A DNA stretch of 64,000 bases, taken from the NCBI GenBank assembly GCA_046540355.1, contig JBKHFD010000001.1, forward strand, positions 19,800 to 83,799. The letters are read 5' to 3'. A program made the position numbers and the translations under genes. Shown piece by piece: positions 29,603 through 39,857 of the stretch (its first letter is position 1; each line of letters opens with the position of its first letter). Source of the DNA: Desulfobacterales bacterium. Its GTDB lineage: Bacteria > Desulfobacterota > Desulfobacteria > Desulfobacterales > Desulfosalsimonadaceae. The notes under the pieces were generated by a model. The model was not told where the DNA came from. It was given only the letters and a program-made list of their open reading frames with translations, and ran no database searches.

Positions 29603-30553
29603 ATGGAAGCAGATAACAACGGATATATCATATTTGCGGGCTCATCAAATCCGGAACTCTCCGAGTCCATATGCAGTTATTTAAACCGCCAGCTCGGAAA
29701 TGCCAAAGTCAAGCGTTTCAGCGACGGAGAGGTCCAGATTGAGATAGATGATAATGTCCGGGCAAAGGACGTATTCGTCATCCAGTCCACCTGCCATCCT
29801 GTAAACGACAATCTGATTGAACTGCTGCTGATGATAGATGCTTTCAAACGCTCTTCTGCCAAACGGGTCACCGCGGTTATTCCTTATTTCGGCTATGCAA
29901 GGCAGGACAAAAAAGTGGCGCCCAGGGTTCCCATAAGCGCAAAACTTGTGGCAGATCTTCTTACCACGGCCGGAGCCAACCGGGTGATAACAATGGATCT
30001 GCATGCAGGCCAGATCCAGGGATTCTTTGATATTCCGGTGGACAACCTGTTTGCAGCTCCCATACTGATAGAATACATGCGCAATAACTTTTCAGACGAC
30101 CTTGTTATTGTTTCACCCGATGCAGGCGGTGTGGAGCGGGCACGGGCTTTTGCCAAAAGACTTAACGCGGGATTGGCCATCATAGACAAAAGACGCTCGG
30201 CCCCCAATCAGGCCAAGGCCATGGCAGTAATAGGCAATGTTAAAGGGAAAAAAGCCGTTATTCTCGATGATATGGTGGATACCGCCGGAACCCTTACAGA
30301 GGCGGCAAACACCATTGAGGCCGACGGAGCCCAGGAAGTTCACGCCTGCTGCACCCACGCGGTCCTTTCGGGACCCGCTGTGGACCGCATTAATAATTCG
30401 GCCATCAAATCCCTGGTGGTAACCGATACTATACCTCTTACAGGTAAGCCTAAAACCTGCGAAAAGATAGTGGTGCTAAGCATAGCAAAGCTGTTTGCAG
30501 AGGCTGTCTACAGAAGCCATACAGGCGATTCCGTTACATCTCTGTTCATATAA
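29603..30553 (+). CDS. prs: Ribose-phosphate pyrophosphokinase
   Basis: [41 protein letters not shown]. Start placed after GAGGAG because the ORF-track start overlaps the tRNA. Confidence 0.97.
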   Translation: MEADNNGYIIFAGSSNPELSESICSYLNRQLGNAKVKRFSDGEVQIEIDDNVRAKDVFVIQSTCHPVNDNLIELLLMIDAFKRSSAKRVTAVIPYFGYARQDKKVAPRVPISAKLVADLLTTAGANRVITMDLHAGQIQGFFDIPVDNLFAAPILIEYMRNNFSDDLVIVSPDAGGVERARAFAKRLNAGLAIIDKRRSAPNQAKAMAVIGNVKGKKAVILDDMVDTAGTLTEAANTIEADGAQEVHACCTHAVLSGPAVDRINNSAIKSLVVTDTIPLTGKPKTCEKIVVLSIAKLFAEAVYRSHTGDSVTSLFI

Positions 30554-30592
30554 ATATAATAAATAAAAAGAAAATATAGCGGAGGACAAACC

Positions 30593-31261
30593 TTGGATAT
30601 TGTAAAACTAAACGCACAAACACGCCGCGAAACCGGAAAAGGCGCCGCCCGGGCTTTAAGAAAGCAGGGACGCATTCCCGCAGTTCTCTACGGCTCGGAT
30701 ATAGACTCTCAACCGCTGTCGGTGAGCGTCCAGGAACTGGAAAGAATGTTTAACAGTCCGCAATTCAGCCAGGGGCTTATTAACCTGATGGTGGGAAACA
30801 GCGGCACAAGCCAGCGCACGGTAATGATCAAGGAATTCCAACGTGATCCGGTAAAAGATCATTACATTCATATAGATTTCTATGAAATCAAAATGGACCA
30901 GAAACTCTCCACCATGGTGCCGGTAACCACCACCGGCACATCAAAGGGTGTTGATGAAGGAGGAATCCTTCAGATCATCAGGCGTGAACTAGAGGTTTAC
31001 TGCCTGCCTGCAAATATACCCGAACAGATTGAAATAGATATATCCGAGCTTGATGTGGGCGACTCGGTGCACGTTAGCGAAATACCTCTTGCAGAAGGTG
31101 TGGAAATTCCATATGACGCAGATTTTACTATTCTTACAGTAGTAAGCCCCAAGATGGAAGCACCGGAAGAGGAGGCTGAAGTAGAAGAACTTGAAGAAGG
31201 CGAAGGGGCCGAAGAAGGAACCGAAGGTGCCGGTGGCGAAGAATCAGAATCAACGGAATAA
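30593..31261 (+). CDS. rplY: 50S ribosomal protein L25/Ctc
   Basis: GKGAARALR.GRIPAVLYG, HIDFY, Ctc C-terminal domain, acidic tail. Confidence 0.96.
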   Translation: MDIVKLNAQTRRETGKGAARALRKQGRIPAVLYGSDIDSQPLSVSVQELERMFNSPQFSQGLINLMVGNSGTSQRTVMIKEFQRDPVKDHYIHIDFYEIKMDQKLSTMVPVTTTGTSKGVDEGGILQIIRRELEVYCLPANIPEQIEIDISELDVGDSVHVSEIPLAEGVEIPYDADFTILTVVSPKMEAPEEEAEVEELEEGEGAEEGTEGAGGEESESTE

Positions 31262-31263
31262 TA

Positions 31264-31848
31264 ATGAATGCCTCCAAGTGGCTTATTGCGGGCCTCGGCA
31301 ACCCGGGGAGGAAATACAGGTTTACCAGGCACAATGTGGGCTTCATGGCAGCAGAAAAAGTTGCAGATGGCTGCCGCATCCTGATTGATAAAAAAAAATT
31401 CAAGAATAAATACGGAACCGGCGTATACGGGGGCAGCAAAATCATTGTGGCCCAACCCCGGGACTACATGAACCGCAGCGGCCCTCCCCTCTGCCAGCTT
31501 TCGGGATACTTTGACATCCCGATTGAAAACATTCTGGTTATACACGATGATATAGATATAGAAAAAGGAAAAATCAAAATCAAAGAGAAAGGAGGTCACG
31601 GAGGACACAACGGGGTCAAATCAATCATTGAAGCCTTTGGGTCCGGCAATTTTCCCAGGCTTCGCATCGGCATCGGACGCCCGGAGCCGCCGGCAGATGT
31701 TACTGATTACGTGCTCGGAAGGCTCACGGACGAGGAGAAAGAGCTCTTTGAAACCGCTTTGAGCAACGCCGAAGATGCCGTGCTTACAATGATACGAAAT
31801 GGCCTGAATGAGGCAATGAATCGGTTTAATCAAAGGAAGGTTGTTTAG
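31264..31848 (+). CDS. pth: Peptidyl-tRNA hydrolase
   Basis: GLGNPG..Y..TRHNVGF, YMNRSG, HDDID, GGHNG. Confidence 0.97.
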   Translation: MNASKWLIAGLGNPGRKYRFTRHNVGFMAAEKVADGCRILIDKKKFKNKYGTGVYGGSKIIVAQPRDYMNRSGPPLCQLSGYFDIPIENILVIHDDIDIEKGKIKIKEKGGHGGHNGVKSIIEAFGSGNFPRLRIGIGRPEPPADVTDYVLGRLTDEEKELFETALSNAEDAVLTMIRNGLNEAMNRFNQRKVV

Positions 31849-31887
31849 GATCTCTTATTATTAACCTAAAGTCTTAGGGAGGTAGGC

Positions 31888-33954
31888 ATGGAAGTTCTAC
31901 TGGAGAATATTCCGCTAACTTGTACAATTATTGGATTGATCGGGATTCTGTATTCCCTGATCGTGGCCGGCATAATCAAGAGCGCACCCACCGGTACGGA
32001 AAAAATGCGCGAAATCGCCAATGCGATTCAGGAAGGTGCCATAGCTTATTTGCACCGCCAGTTGAAAAGCATGGCGCTCGTGGGCGTGGTGATCTTCATC
32101 ATACTTTATTTAAGCCAGTTTTATTCCGACACCATAGGAACGAGCACAGCCATCGGCTTTGCCATAGGTGCCATTGCTTCCTATCTGGCCGGCTACATCG
32201 GAATGCGGGTTTCAGTAATCGCAAATATCCGCACTGCCGAAGCCGCCAAGAGCGGTCTTGCAGCGGGCCTGAAAATGGCATTCCGCGGCGGCTCGGTAAC
32301 CGGCATGCTGGTTGCCAGCTTGGCCCTTACAGCAATCGCGGGTTTCTATACCGTCCTGACATGGGATGCTCAGGCAGGAGAAGTTCACTCGATTGCCCCG
32401 CTTGTGGCACTTGGCTTCGGCGGCAGCCTGGTTTCGATCTTTGCAAGGCTCGGCGGCGGCATCTTTACCAAGGGTGCTGACGTGGGGGCAGACCTGGTGG
32501 GCAAAATAGAAGCCGGAATTCCGGAAGACGACCCCAGGAACCCGGCCACCATCGCCGACAACGTCGGGGATAATGTCGGCGACTGTGCAGGCATGGCAGC
32601 AGACCTGTTTGAGACCTATGCAGTTACGGTTGTGGCAGCCATGCTGCTTGGCAGCCTGTTTTTCGAAGGTGAAGCAATGGCTGTTAATTATCCCATGATT
32701 CTTGGCGCCATTTCAATTGTCGCCTCGATTGTGGCCACACTGTTTGTGCGCATGGGCAAAGACGAATACATTATGGGAGCCCTCTACAAAGGAATGTTCG
32801 GGGCAGCAATACTTGCGGCCATAGCCTTCTACGTCTTCACGGCCACCGCTGTTGAGAGCATCGGAGACATTAACGGAATGAACCTGTTTTATGCCTCCCT
32901 GGTGGGACTTGTTCTCACAGTTCTCATCGTTATTATCACAGAATACTACACCGGCACCTACGGTCCTGTTAAAGGCATTGCAGAGGCTTCCACAACAGGT
33001 CACGGCACCAACATTATAGCCGGCCTTGCAGTAAGCCTTCAGTCCACTGCACTGCCTGTTCTTGCAATCTGTGTAGGCATCGGTATCGCCTACGGACTGG
33101 CCGACCTCTACGGCATTGCCATCGCCGCAGTGGCAATGCTCTCGATGACAGGAATGGTTATCGCCATTGATGCCTACGGCCCGATTACAGATAATGCAGG
33201 CGGTATCGCTGAAATGGCCGAACTCGATGACAGTGTTCGTGCCGTAACCGATCCGCTCGATGCGGTTGGCAACACCACAAAGGCGGTTACCAAGGGCTAT
33301 GCCATTGGTTCTGCCGGTCTTGCGGCACTGGTTCTTTTCTCCTGCTATGTCCAGGAGTTTGTCATCCAGGCCGGAAGCGAGGAAGCTGCTGCTGAACTTG
33401 CCTTTGAGCTCAGCGATCCCTATATTATCATCGGGCTGTTCATTGGAGGCCTTCTGCCCTTCCTGTTCACCTCAATCGCAATGAACGCGGTTGGCCGGGC
33501 AGGTAGTGCGGTTGTCGACGAAGTTCGCCGCCAATTCCGCGAACTCCCGGGCATAATGGACGGGAGTTCAAAGCCGGACTACGGCAAGTGCGTTGACATT
33601 GTTACCAAGTTCGCTTTAAAGGAAATGATGGTACCGGCACTTATCCCGGTTGTCACACCGATCCTGGTGGGCATGTTCCTCGGCAAAATCGCGCTGGGAG
33701 GCGTGCTCATCGGTAGTATCGTCACCGGTCTGTTCGTGGCAATTTCCATGTGCACCGGCGGTGCGGCATGGGACAATGCCAAGAAATACATAGAGGACGG
33801 CTTTTTCGGAGGCAAGGGCAGTGATGCTCATAAGGCGGCCGTTACCGGCGACACGGTAGGCGACCCCTACAAGGACACTGCCGGACCTGCAGTAAACCCG
33901 ATGATCAAGGTTTTAAACGTGGTAGCACTGCTGATGGTGCCGTTCTTACTGTAA
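31888..33954 (+). CDS. hppA: Membrane-bound pyrophosphatase, K+-independent H+-pumping type
   Basis: [43 protein letters not shown]. Confidence 0.96.
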   Translation: MEVLLENIPLTCTIIGLIGILYSLIVAGIIKSAPTGTEKMREIANAIQEGAIAYLHRQLKSMALVGVVIFIILYLSQFYSDTIGTSTAIGFAIGAIASYLAGYIGMRVSVIANIRTAEAAKSGLAAGLKMAFRGGSVTGMLVASLALTAIAGFYTVLTWDAQAGEVHSIAPLVALGFGGSLVSIFARLGGGIFTKGADVGADLVGKIEAGIPEDDPRNPATIADNVGDNVGDCAGMAADLFETYAVTVVAAMLLGSLFFEGEAMAVNYPMILGAISIVASIVATLFVRMGKDEYIMGALYKGMFGAAILAAIAFYVFTATAVESIGDINGMNLFYASLVGLVLTVLIVIITEYYTGTYGPVKGIAEASTTGHGTNIIAGLAVSLQSTALPVLAICVGIGIAYGLADLYGIAIAAVAMLSMTGMVIAIDAYGPITDNAGGIAEMAELDDSVRAVTDPLDAVGNTTKAVTKGYAIGSAGLAALVLFSCYVQEFVIQAGSEEAAAELAFELSDPYIIIGLFIGGLLPFLFTSIAMNAVGRAGSAVVDEVRRQFRELPGIMDGSSKPDYGKCVDIVTKFALKEMMVPALIPVVTPILVGMFLGKIALGGVLIGSIVTGLFVAISMCTGGAAWDNAKKYIEDGFFGGKGSDAHKAAVTGDTVGDPYKDTAGPAVNPMIKVLNVVALLMVPFLL

Positions 33955-33984
33955 TTTAATAAACTGTTATAATTATTATCCAGC

Positions 33985-34019
33985 AAAAAGGGTCGGTGTT
34001 TTACACCGGCCCTTTTTTT
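33985..34019 (+). terminator. Rho-independent terminator after hppA
   Basis: AAAAAGGGTCGGTGT-TTT-ACACCGGCCCTTTTTTT. Confidence 0.9.
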
Positions 34020-34105
34020 GTTGCCTTCGCTCGAAAAAAATGTTATGTATTGTTTTTTTTAGGAATAAACCTTGCATTAAGTTGCATTAAGTTTGGGTGA
34101 ATAAA

Positions 34106-34657
34106 ATGGCTGGAAAAGCACAATCCCCAAAAGAATCTGCCAAAGGGTTTGAAATCGGTGATCTGGCGGTATATCCGGCCCACGGAGTCGGTCGGATCGA
34201 ATCCATCGAAAGCCGCGCTATAAACGGGGCCGCGCATGATTTCTATATCATGAAAATTATCGACAACGGCATGGTAATCATGATCCCAACCGCCAATATC
34301 GAATCCGTTGGCCTGCGCCCGGTGATAGACGAGACTGAAATCCCGGAGATTTACGCGGTACTGGCGGAAAAAAAGCATGAAACACAGGACAACCAGACCT
34401 GGAACAGACGCTACAAGGAATACATGGACAGACTCAAAACCGGCTCGCCCTATGATGTTGCGACCGTTTTCAGAGACCTCTACCTTTTGAAACTGACCAA
34501 GGACCTTTCCTTCGGAGAGCGCAAACTACTGGATACCGCCGGGTCGCTTCTGCTGCGGGAAATCTGTACCGCAAAAAACCAGAATGAAAATAAAGTGTGG
34601 GCAGAGATAGAATCACTTTTCAGCAGCAACGGCGACCGAAGCACAGACGATGAATGA
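34106..34657 (+). CDS. carD: CarD/CdnL family RNA polymerase-binding regulator
   Basis: GDLAVYPAHGVG.I, WNRRY, LSFGERKLL; GTG at 34097 is an alternative start. Confidence 0.93.
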   Translation: MAGKAQSPKESAKGFEIGDLAVYPAHGVGRIESIESRAINGAAHDFYIMKIIDNGMVIMIPTANIESVGLRPVIDETEIPEIYAVLAEKKHETQDNQTWNRRYKEYMDRLKTGSPYDVATVFRDLYLLKLTKDLSFGERKLLDTAGSLLLREICTAKNQNENKVWAEIESLFSSNGDRSTDDE

Positions 34658-35658
34658 CCCGAATCCAGGATTCTGAAAGCATCACATGGACCGCCGGCCC
34701 TGATGATTCAGGCAAACGACTGGACCGGATTATAGTATCCATAGTTCCGGGATGCACGCGCGGCGCCGCGGCACGCCTTATACGCGAAGGCGGGGTACTT
34801 GTCAACGGCACCATGAAAAAACCGGGATACAGGCTGGCCCCCGGCGATTTTGTTTCCTCGGTTGCCTCAGCCCCGGCCTCACCCGCCGAAAGAATCATTC
34901 CCGAACCGATCACCCTCAACGTTGTCTTCAAAGACTCTTCGGTCATAATAATAAACAAACCCCCCGGTATGGTGGTTCACCCGGCAGCAGGTAATTTTTC
35001 CGGGACCCTTGTCCACGGTCTTCTATATCATTTCCCCGAACTTCGAGCTATGGATGATGACCCCGCAAGGCCCGGCATAGTTCACCGCCTGGACAGAGAC
35101 ACCTCCGGCATCATGGTGATTGCCGGAACCCCGAAAGCCCGGGAAAACCTCTTGTCACAGTTTAAATCCCGCATCGTAAAAAAAACATATACCGCGTTTG
35201 TTCACGGAGAACCCGAAGGCGAAGAGGGGCGCATAGTTCTGCCCATTTCCCGGCATCCGGTTCATCGCAAGAAAATGGCCGCAGGCGGGAAAAATCCCGA
35301 CAAGGCAAGACATGCAGAAACCTTATGGCGAACGGCGGAGCGCTATGGAAATATTGCCATGCTGGAATGCAGCATAAGAACCGGACGAACCCACCAAATC
35401 CGGGTCCATCTATCGACCCTGGGCTATCCCTTAATAGGAGACCGGGTTTACGGATACAGGCGTCCGCTGCGACACTATCAGGATCGCCCGGAACTCTCCG
35501 GCGTTCTCGCCCGTGTATCCCGACAGATGCTGCACGCCGGTGAAATAGAGTTTATGCATCCGGAAACAGACAGACCGGTGTCCTTTTCGGCTCCACTGCC
35601 CCCGGATATGGAGGATTTACGCAAAACCCTCCTGCAATACAAAAAAAAGAGCCTTTGA
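34654..35658 (+). CDS. rluD: RluA-family pseudouridine synthase (RluD-like, with S4 domain)
   Basis: RLD S4 domain, NKPPGMVVHP, RPGIVHRLDRDTSG, TGRTHQIRVH, GDRVYG. Confidence 0.9.
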   Translation: MTRIQDSESITWTAGPDDSGKRLDRIIVSIVPGCTRGAAARLIREGGVLVNGTMKKPGYRLAPGDFVSSVASAPASPAERIIPEPITLNVVFKDSSVIIINKPPGMVVHPAAGNFSGTLVHGLLYHFPELRAMDDDPARPGIVHRLDRDTSGIMVIAGTPKARENLLSQFKSRIVKKTYTAFVHGEPEGEEGRIVLPISRHPVHRKKMAAGGKNPDKARHAETLWRTAERYGNIAMLECSIRTGRTHQIRVHLSTLGYPLIGDRVYGYRRPLRHYQDRPELSGVLARVSRQMLHAGEIEFMHPETDRPVSFSAPLPPDMEDLRKTLLQYKKKSL

Positions 35659-35671
35659 ACCAGGAAAACAA

Positions 35672-36274
35672 TTACCTATCCGGGACGTGATTTCGTTTTT
35701 TAAGCGAGAGGGTGCACCTGCGGCTATTTTTATCAAATGTCATGACTATATCCTCACCCTCCTTTTTTTGGGAAGCAAGCTCTGCGTAGCGCTCTTTAAT
35801 CCTGTGGAAAAAGCCATCCCTGGTTTCGGCAGCCGGATCATCTCCCAGGTGCGAAAGCTTTTTTTTCTGGATTTCCCAGAGGCGGTCCACGGAATAAATG
35901 CCCCTTTTGTTCGAATAAGCGCCGCTTTGCCCCTCGGATGCCCCCGATGGTACGGATGAGGAGCTTTTTTCAAGGATTTCCTGCTCCCTTCTTGCGGCAT
36001 CAGCATTATCCCAAAGCTGCCGCCAGGCCCTGCTGTAATAATAAACCTTCCACTGAAGGTTATCGAGCATGGTTTCAAGGCGTTTGGTCGATGCGGCGGG
36101 ATCTATGCGATATTTCTGGACCTTTTCTATGAATTCCTGATGGCGGGGATGCGGCTTGCGGGCCCGGTCTCCCAGATAAGCGCGGATCTTTGCATCCATT
36201 TCCTCGGCCTGTCGTCTCAGGGCCATGAGTTCATTTTCAATTTCTTTTCTCCTCTGGGCTATATTTGCGGCCAT
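35672..36274 (-). CDS. Hypothetical protein, possibly a divergent MXAN_5187 C-terminal-domain-like protein
   Basis: 200 aa with GGAGG RBS. Helical N-terminal half (YLG...KP, L..KVYYY...W), Ser/Gly linker, alpha/beta C-terminal half. Family resemblance is from memory only. Confidence 0.6.
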   Translation of the reverse strand: MAANIAQRRKEIENELMALRRQAEEMDAKIRAYLGDRARKPHPRHQEFIEKVQKYRIDPAASTKRLETMLDNLQWKVYYYSRAWRQLWDNADAARREQEILEKSSSSVPSGASEGQSGAYSNKRGIYSVDRLWEIQKKKLSHLGDDPAAETRDGFFHRIKERYAELASQKKEGEDIVMTFDKNSRRCTLSLKKRNHVPDR

Positions 36275-36431
36275 GATCCACCTCCCGGAACACTGCCTTG
36301 GGACAGTTTATATTTTCATTTATTTAATAATTAGCAAAATTTAAATTTACTGTAAAGCAGCTGAGAACTGCGGAAATCCGTGGAGTTATATAAACCTAAA
36401 TTGCGTCTCAGATTTTTAAAAGCAATTTATT

Positions 36432-36932
36432 TTAAAGGATAAACAAAAAAAGGATCATTGCTGCGCCTACCAGAGTCTTGGCAAACACTGCACCCAGCCT
36501 GCCGTAAAACGCGGCCATGGCTGAACGAAAAGCATCTGAAATCTTCTTTTCCGATACAAGCTCAACCAGAAAAGCGCCGATAAACACGCCCGCAAACAGA
36601 CCGAGCAATGGCCCGGCCACCGGCACCGGAATGCCTGCAAATGTTCCCACGATGCCCCCGGCAATTGCGCCGATTACAGCCGGACGCGAAACTCCCCTCC
36701 TTTGCGCAAACTTTACGCCCAATATATATTCCAGAATTTCGCCAACCAGGGCAAGAACCAGAAGGACGGCCAATACTGCGGCCGAAATCGACATGGACCA
36801 GGTGATAAGATTATAAAGTGCCGCGCCCGCAAGTATAACAAACGTGCCAGGCATGCCGAGCGGAATCAGTACCAGTCCTGCCAGGCAGAAGATAGCCAGT
36901 ACAACGAGTGCGATTATACCAGTCAACTCCAT
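36432..36932 (-). CDS. DUF456 family membrane protein
   Basis: Gly-rich TM helices, PG motif, GAIAGGIVG..., G.FIGAFLVE. Confidence 0.85.
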   Translation of the reverse strand: MELTGIIALVVLAIFCLAGLVLIPLGMPGTFVILAGAALYNLITWSMSISAAVLAVLLVLALVGEILEYILGVKFAQRRGVSRPAVIGAIAGGIVGTFAGIPVPVAGPLLGLFAGVFIGAFLVELVSEKKISDAFRSAMAAFYGRLGAVFAKTLVGAAMILFLFIL

Positions 36933-37025
36933 TTCGGATTCCTATTTTTTTCTTGAAATTTTCCGCCCCTGACATTTATAAACGTTGCCATACATTCTAA
37001 AACTAACCAACAGGTATTATGACAA

Positions 37026-37790
37026 ATGAAAAACAAGCTTATTGCAATTGTCTGGTTCACGTTTGTAGGCGTAACCTCGATTATATTTTTTCTCGCCGCC
37101 GTTGTCGTCAAGCTTGCTACAATGGCCTTTGACAGACGCCTGGTGGTACTTCAACAGCTTACCTGCTTCTGGGGGGCTCTTTATACATGGATTATCCCCG
37201 CCTGGCGCATCAATATCCGGGGAAAAGAAAATATCGAGCCGAAAAAGCCTTACGTGGTGGTGTCAAATCATCAGTCCCTTCTCGACATCCTGGTACTTTT
37301 CAACCTGTTTTTCCATTTCAAGTTCGTATCAAAATCAGAAATCTTCAAAATACCCCTGATAGGCTGGAACATGCATCTAAACCGCTATATTGAACTGAAA
37401 CGCGGGGATAAAAGAAGCATTTCCAAAATGATGACGGACTGCAAAAAAGCCCTTGATCAGGGAAACCCGGTCCTGATTTTTCCCGAAGGCACGCGCTCGC
37501 CCGACGGAAGAATCAGGGAGTTTAAACCCGGGGCCTTTATACTGGCGCTTGAACAAAAAGTCCCTGTTCTGCCTATAGTTATTTCCGGAACAAACAGGGC
37601 TCTTCCCAAATACAGCTTCAACTTCCACGGAAGCCACGATATCCGGGTCCGGGTGCTGCCCGAAATTCCTTATGAAAAATTCGCCGGCATGAGCCCTGAG
37701 GAAGCTGCAGACATGGTGCGCCATATCATAATAAAAGAGCATGAAAAGCTTAAATCCGATCAGGCGGAAAGCCGAAACAGGTTTTCCTGA
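37026..37790 (+). CDS. plsC: 1-acyl-sn-glycerol-3-phosphate acyltransferase
   Basis: NHQSLLD (HX4D) and FPEGTRS. Confidence 0.92.
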   Translation: MKNKLIAIVWFTFVGVTSIIFFLAAVVVKLATMAFDRRLVVLQQLTCFWGALYTWIIPAWRINIRGKENIEPKKPYVVVSNHQSLLDILVLFNLFFHFKFVSKSEIFKIPLIGWNMHLNRYIELKRGDKRSISKMMTDCKKALDQGNPVLIFPEGTRSPDGRIREFKPGAFILALEQKVPVLPIVISGTNRALPKYSFNFHGSHDIRVRVLPEIPYEKFAGMSPEEAADMVRHIIIKEHEKLKSDQAESRNRFS

Positions 37791-37823
37791 ACCGCGCGGA
37801 TCAAAAGGCCTTGTTTTCCGTTA

Positions 37824-38642
37824 TTATACTTCGCCTTCGATTGACCGGTTCAGCCTGCCCTGACCGTATCCTTCAAGATCCAGGGTGACATAGGTAAAAC
37901 CCGCATTGCAAAGCTCACGTATAATTCTCAGCCGCGGCTCCGGCTTGATCAGGCGTGTAAAATCCGCGGGCCGCACCTCGATCCTGGCAGTCTCCCCCAG
38001 ATGACGAACCCTGAAGCCCGAGAATCCGAGTGCCAGCAGCACGTTTTCCGCTGTTTCAACCATTTCCAGGCGCTGCCGGGTTATCTCCATGCCGTAGGGG
38101 ATTCTGGAAGCAAGACAGGCTGCAGCGGGCTTGTTCCAGTTGGGAAGCGACATCTGCCTGGAAAGGCAACGAATATCCTGCTTGGTAAAACCGGCCTCCT
38201 TTAGAGGGGCTGAAACCTCCATTTCTTCGGCCGCCTTCATGCCCGGCCTGTAATCCGCCATATCATCGACATTTGCCCCGTGGGCGAGATGGGAAAATCC
38301 CAGCTCCCTGCATCGGGAAATCATGTCTGAAAAAATTATTTTTTTGCATACATAGCACCTGTCAGGTGAATTGGCGGTAAATTCGGGGACTGAGAGTTCA
38401 TCGGTGCGGATTGTTTCATGTTCAACGCCCAGATAACCGGCCATCTTGACGGCTTCATCCACCTCCCACCTTGGCTGAAGCGGTGATACGGCGGTCACTG
38501 CTATAACCCTGTCGGCTGCTGACTCTCTGGCGGCGGCAAGCAGCAGGGTGCTGTCAATGCCCCCTGAATACGCTACAGCCAAAGACTTAAATTCCGAAAG
38601 CCTGTCAAAGAGCTTTTCCTTTTTTTTGTAAAGATAATCCAT
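37824..38642 (-). CDS. larE: ATP-dependent sulfur transferase LarE
   Basis: PP-loop SGGIDS, RCYVCK, DYRPG, ACLASRIPYG, RVRH, VTLDLEGY. Confidence 0.92.
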   Translation of the reverse strand: MDYLYKKKEKLFDRLSEFKSLAVAYSGGIDSTLLLAAARESAADRVIAVTAVSPLQPRWEVDEAVKMAGYLGVEHETIRTDELSVPEFTANSPDRCYVCKKIIFSDMISRCRELGFSHLAHGANVDDMADYRPGMKAAEEMEVSAPLKEAGFTKQDIRCLSRQMSLPNWNKPAAACLASRIPYGMEITRQRLEMVETAENVLLALGFSGFRVRHLGETARIEVRPADFTRLIKPEPRLRIIRELCNAGFTYVTLDLEGYGQGRLNRSIEGEV

Positions 38643-38789
38643 TGATTTCAATTGCTTTAAACCCTTGTTTTCGTCAGAAAAAAATATTTACAAAAAAATT
38701 GAACTCCGGTATAAAATTATTTGTTGATAACAAGATTATAAGGATTATAAGGTTTAATGCCAAATATTTTACCCAACAGAGGGACTGCG

Positions 38790-39857
38790 ATGGGAAAGAA
38801 AAACCTGACCAAATCGACCACAAACACAAAGAAAAATGCAAACTCCAGGAAAACTACCAAAAAACCCAGCTTAAAGACCCTGCGCAAAAAGAAATTCGAA
38901 ACCTGGCGGCCCGAAACTCCTTACGTTCCTGCATCCGCACCTAACGGAGAAAAAAACTTTTCCGCCCCGGAACTCACAGGAGACTACGATCCTGCCGAGG
39001 CTGAAAAAATCCGAGCCCTGCTTTTCAGGGATGTAAGTCTAAACGCACCAGCCCCTGAAAAAGAAGTAAAAGGTGCGAAAGAGGCTGTAGCGGAAACCCC
39101 TGCAGAAACCGAAGGTGCAGGAGCCGCAACGCAGGAGAAAGAACAGAGCGAAAAACCGGAAAAAGAACAGACCTCTGATAACAAAAGCAGCAGAGGCGGA
39201 GAAGAGCCTCCACGCTCCCCGGGACCGGGCGGTGGCGGTGGCGGGGACTGGGAACCGCCTGTCAGCAGGGGTTTGCTGGGCCTAATCGCTGCTGTAATCC
39301 TGATTTTCGCCCTACTCATAAGTGCAAGCATCAACAACAAGGGCAACTATTTCCTTAAGGAAACAAATACCGGCCTTGAAATATGGCGCGGCGATTTCTC
39401 CCCGAACGGCAGAGAAAAAATTGTAACACTTCCCGGTGTTAAGGCCCCGGAACCGGAAAAAGACAAGTATACCCGGGAAGAGGCTCTTGAGCCGGCATTT
39501 CAATCTTTCATGGAAAAAGCCGATGAAGTGGCGGAAACACGGGATCTCCCCAATTTAAACGCCATCAGGGACAACCTTGAGATAGCGGAAAAATACGCCA
39601 CCACAGAAAAGCAGAAAAAAAAGGTAAGCAGGCGCCTTGACCGTATCAATTTTCTCATGCTGCTTTACAGGGCGGATGTGGCGGCGAAAAAACAAACCCG
39701 CCAGGGTTATGAAACCGCACTGGAGACTCTTGAACAGGCAGAAGAACTTAACCTGGCCGAAGATGACCGGCAAACACTGCAGCATCGGATAACCCGCATC
39801 CAAAAAGAGGTCGAAGAGCTTAATCAGGAGCCTGAGAATACAGATGACAACAAATAG
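38790..39857 (+). CDS. Hypothetical single-pass membrane protein
   Basis: Lys-rich N-terminus, acidic Pro/Gly linker, one TM helix (GLLGLIAAVILIFALLISA), helical C-terminal domain. Confidence 0.75.
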   Translation: MGKKNLTKSTTNTKKNANSRKTTKKPSLKTLRKKKFETWRPETPYVPASAPNGEKNFSAPELTGDYDPAEAEKIRALLFRDVSLNAPAPEKEVKGAKEAVAETPAETEGAGAATQEKEQSEKPEKEQTSDNKSSRGGEEPPRSPGPGGGGGGDWEPPVSRGLLGLIAAVILIFALLISASINNKGNYFLKETNTGLEIWRGDFSPNGREKIVTLPGVKAPEPEKDKYTREEALEPAFQSFMEKADEVAETRDLPNLNAIRDNLEIAEKYATTEKQKKKVSRRLDRINFLMLLYRADVAAKKQTRQGYETALETLEQAEELNLAEDDRQTLQHRITRIQKEVEELNQEPENTDDNK

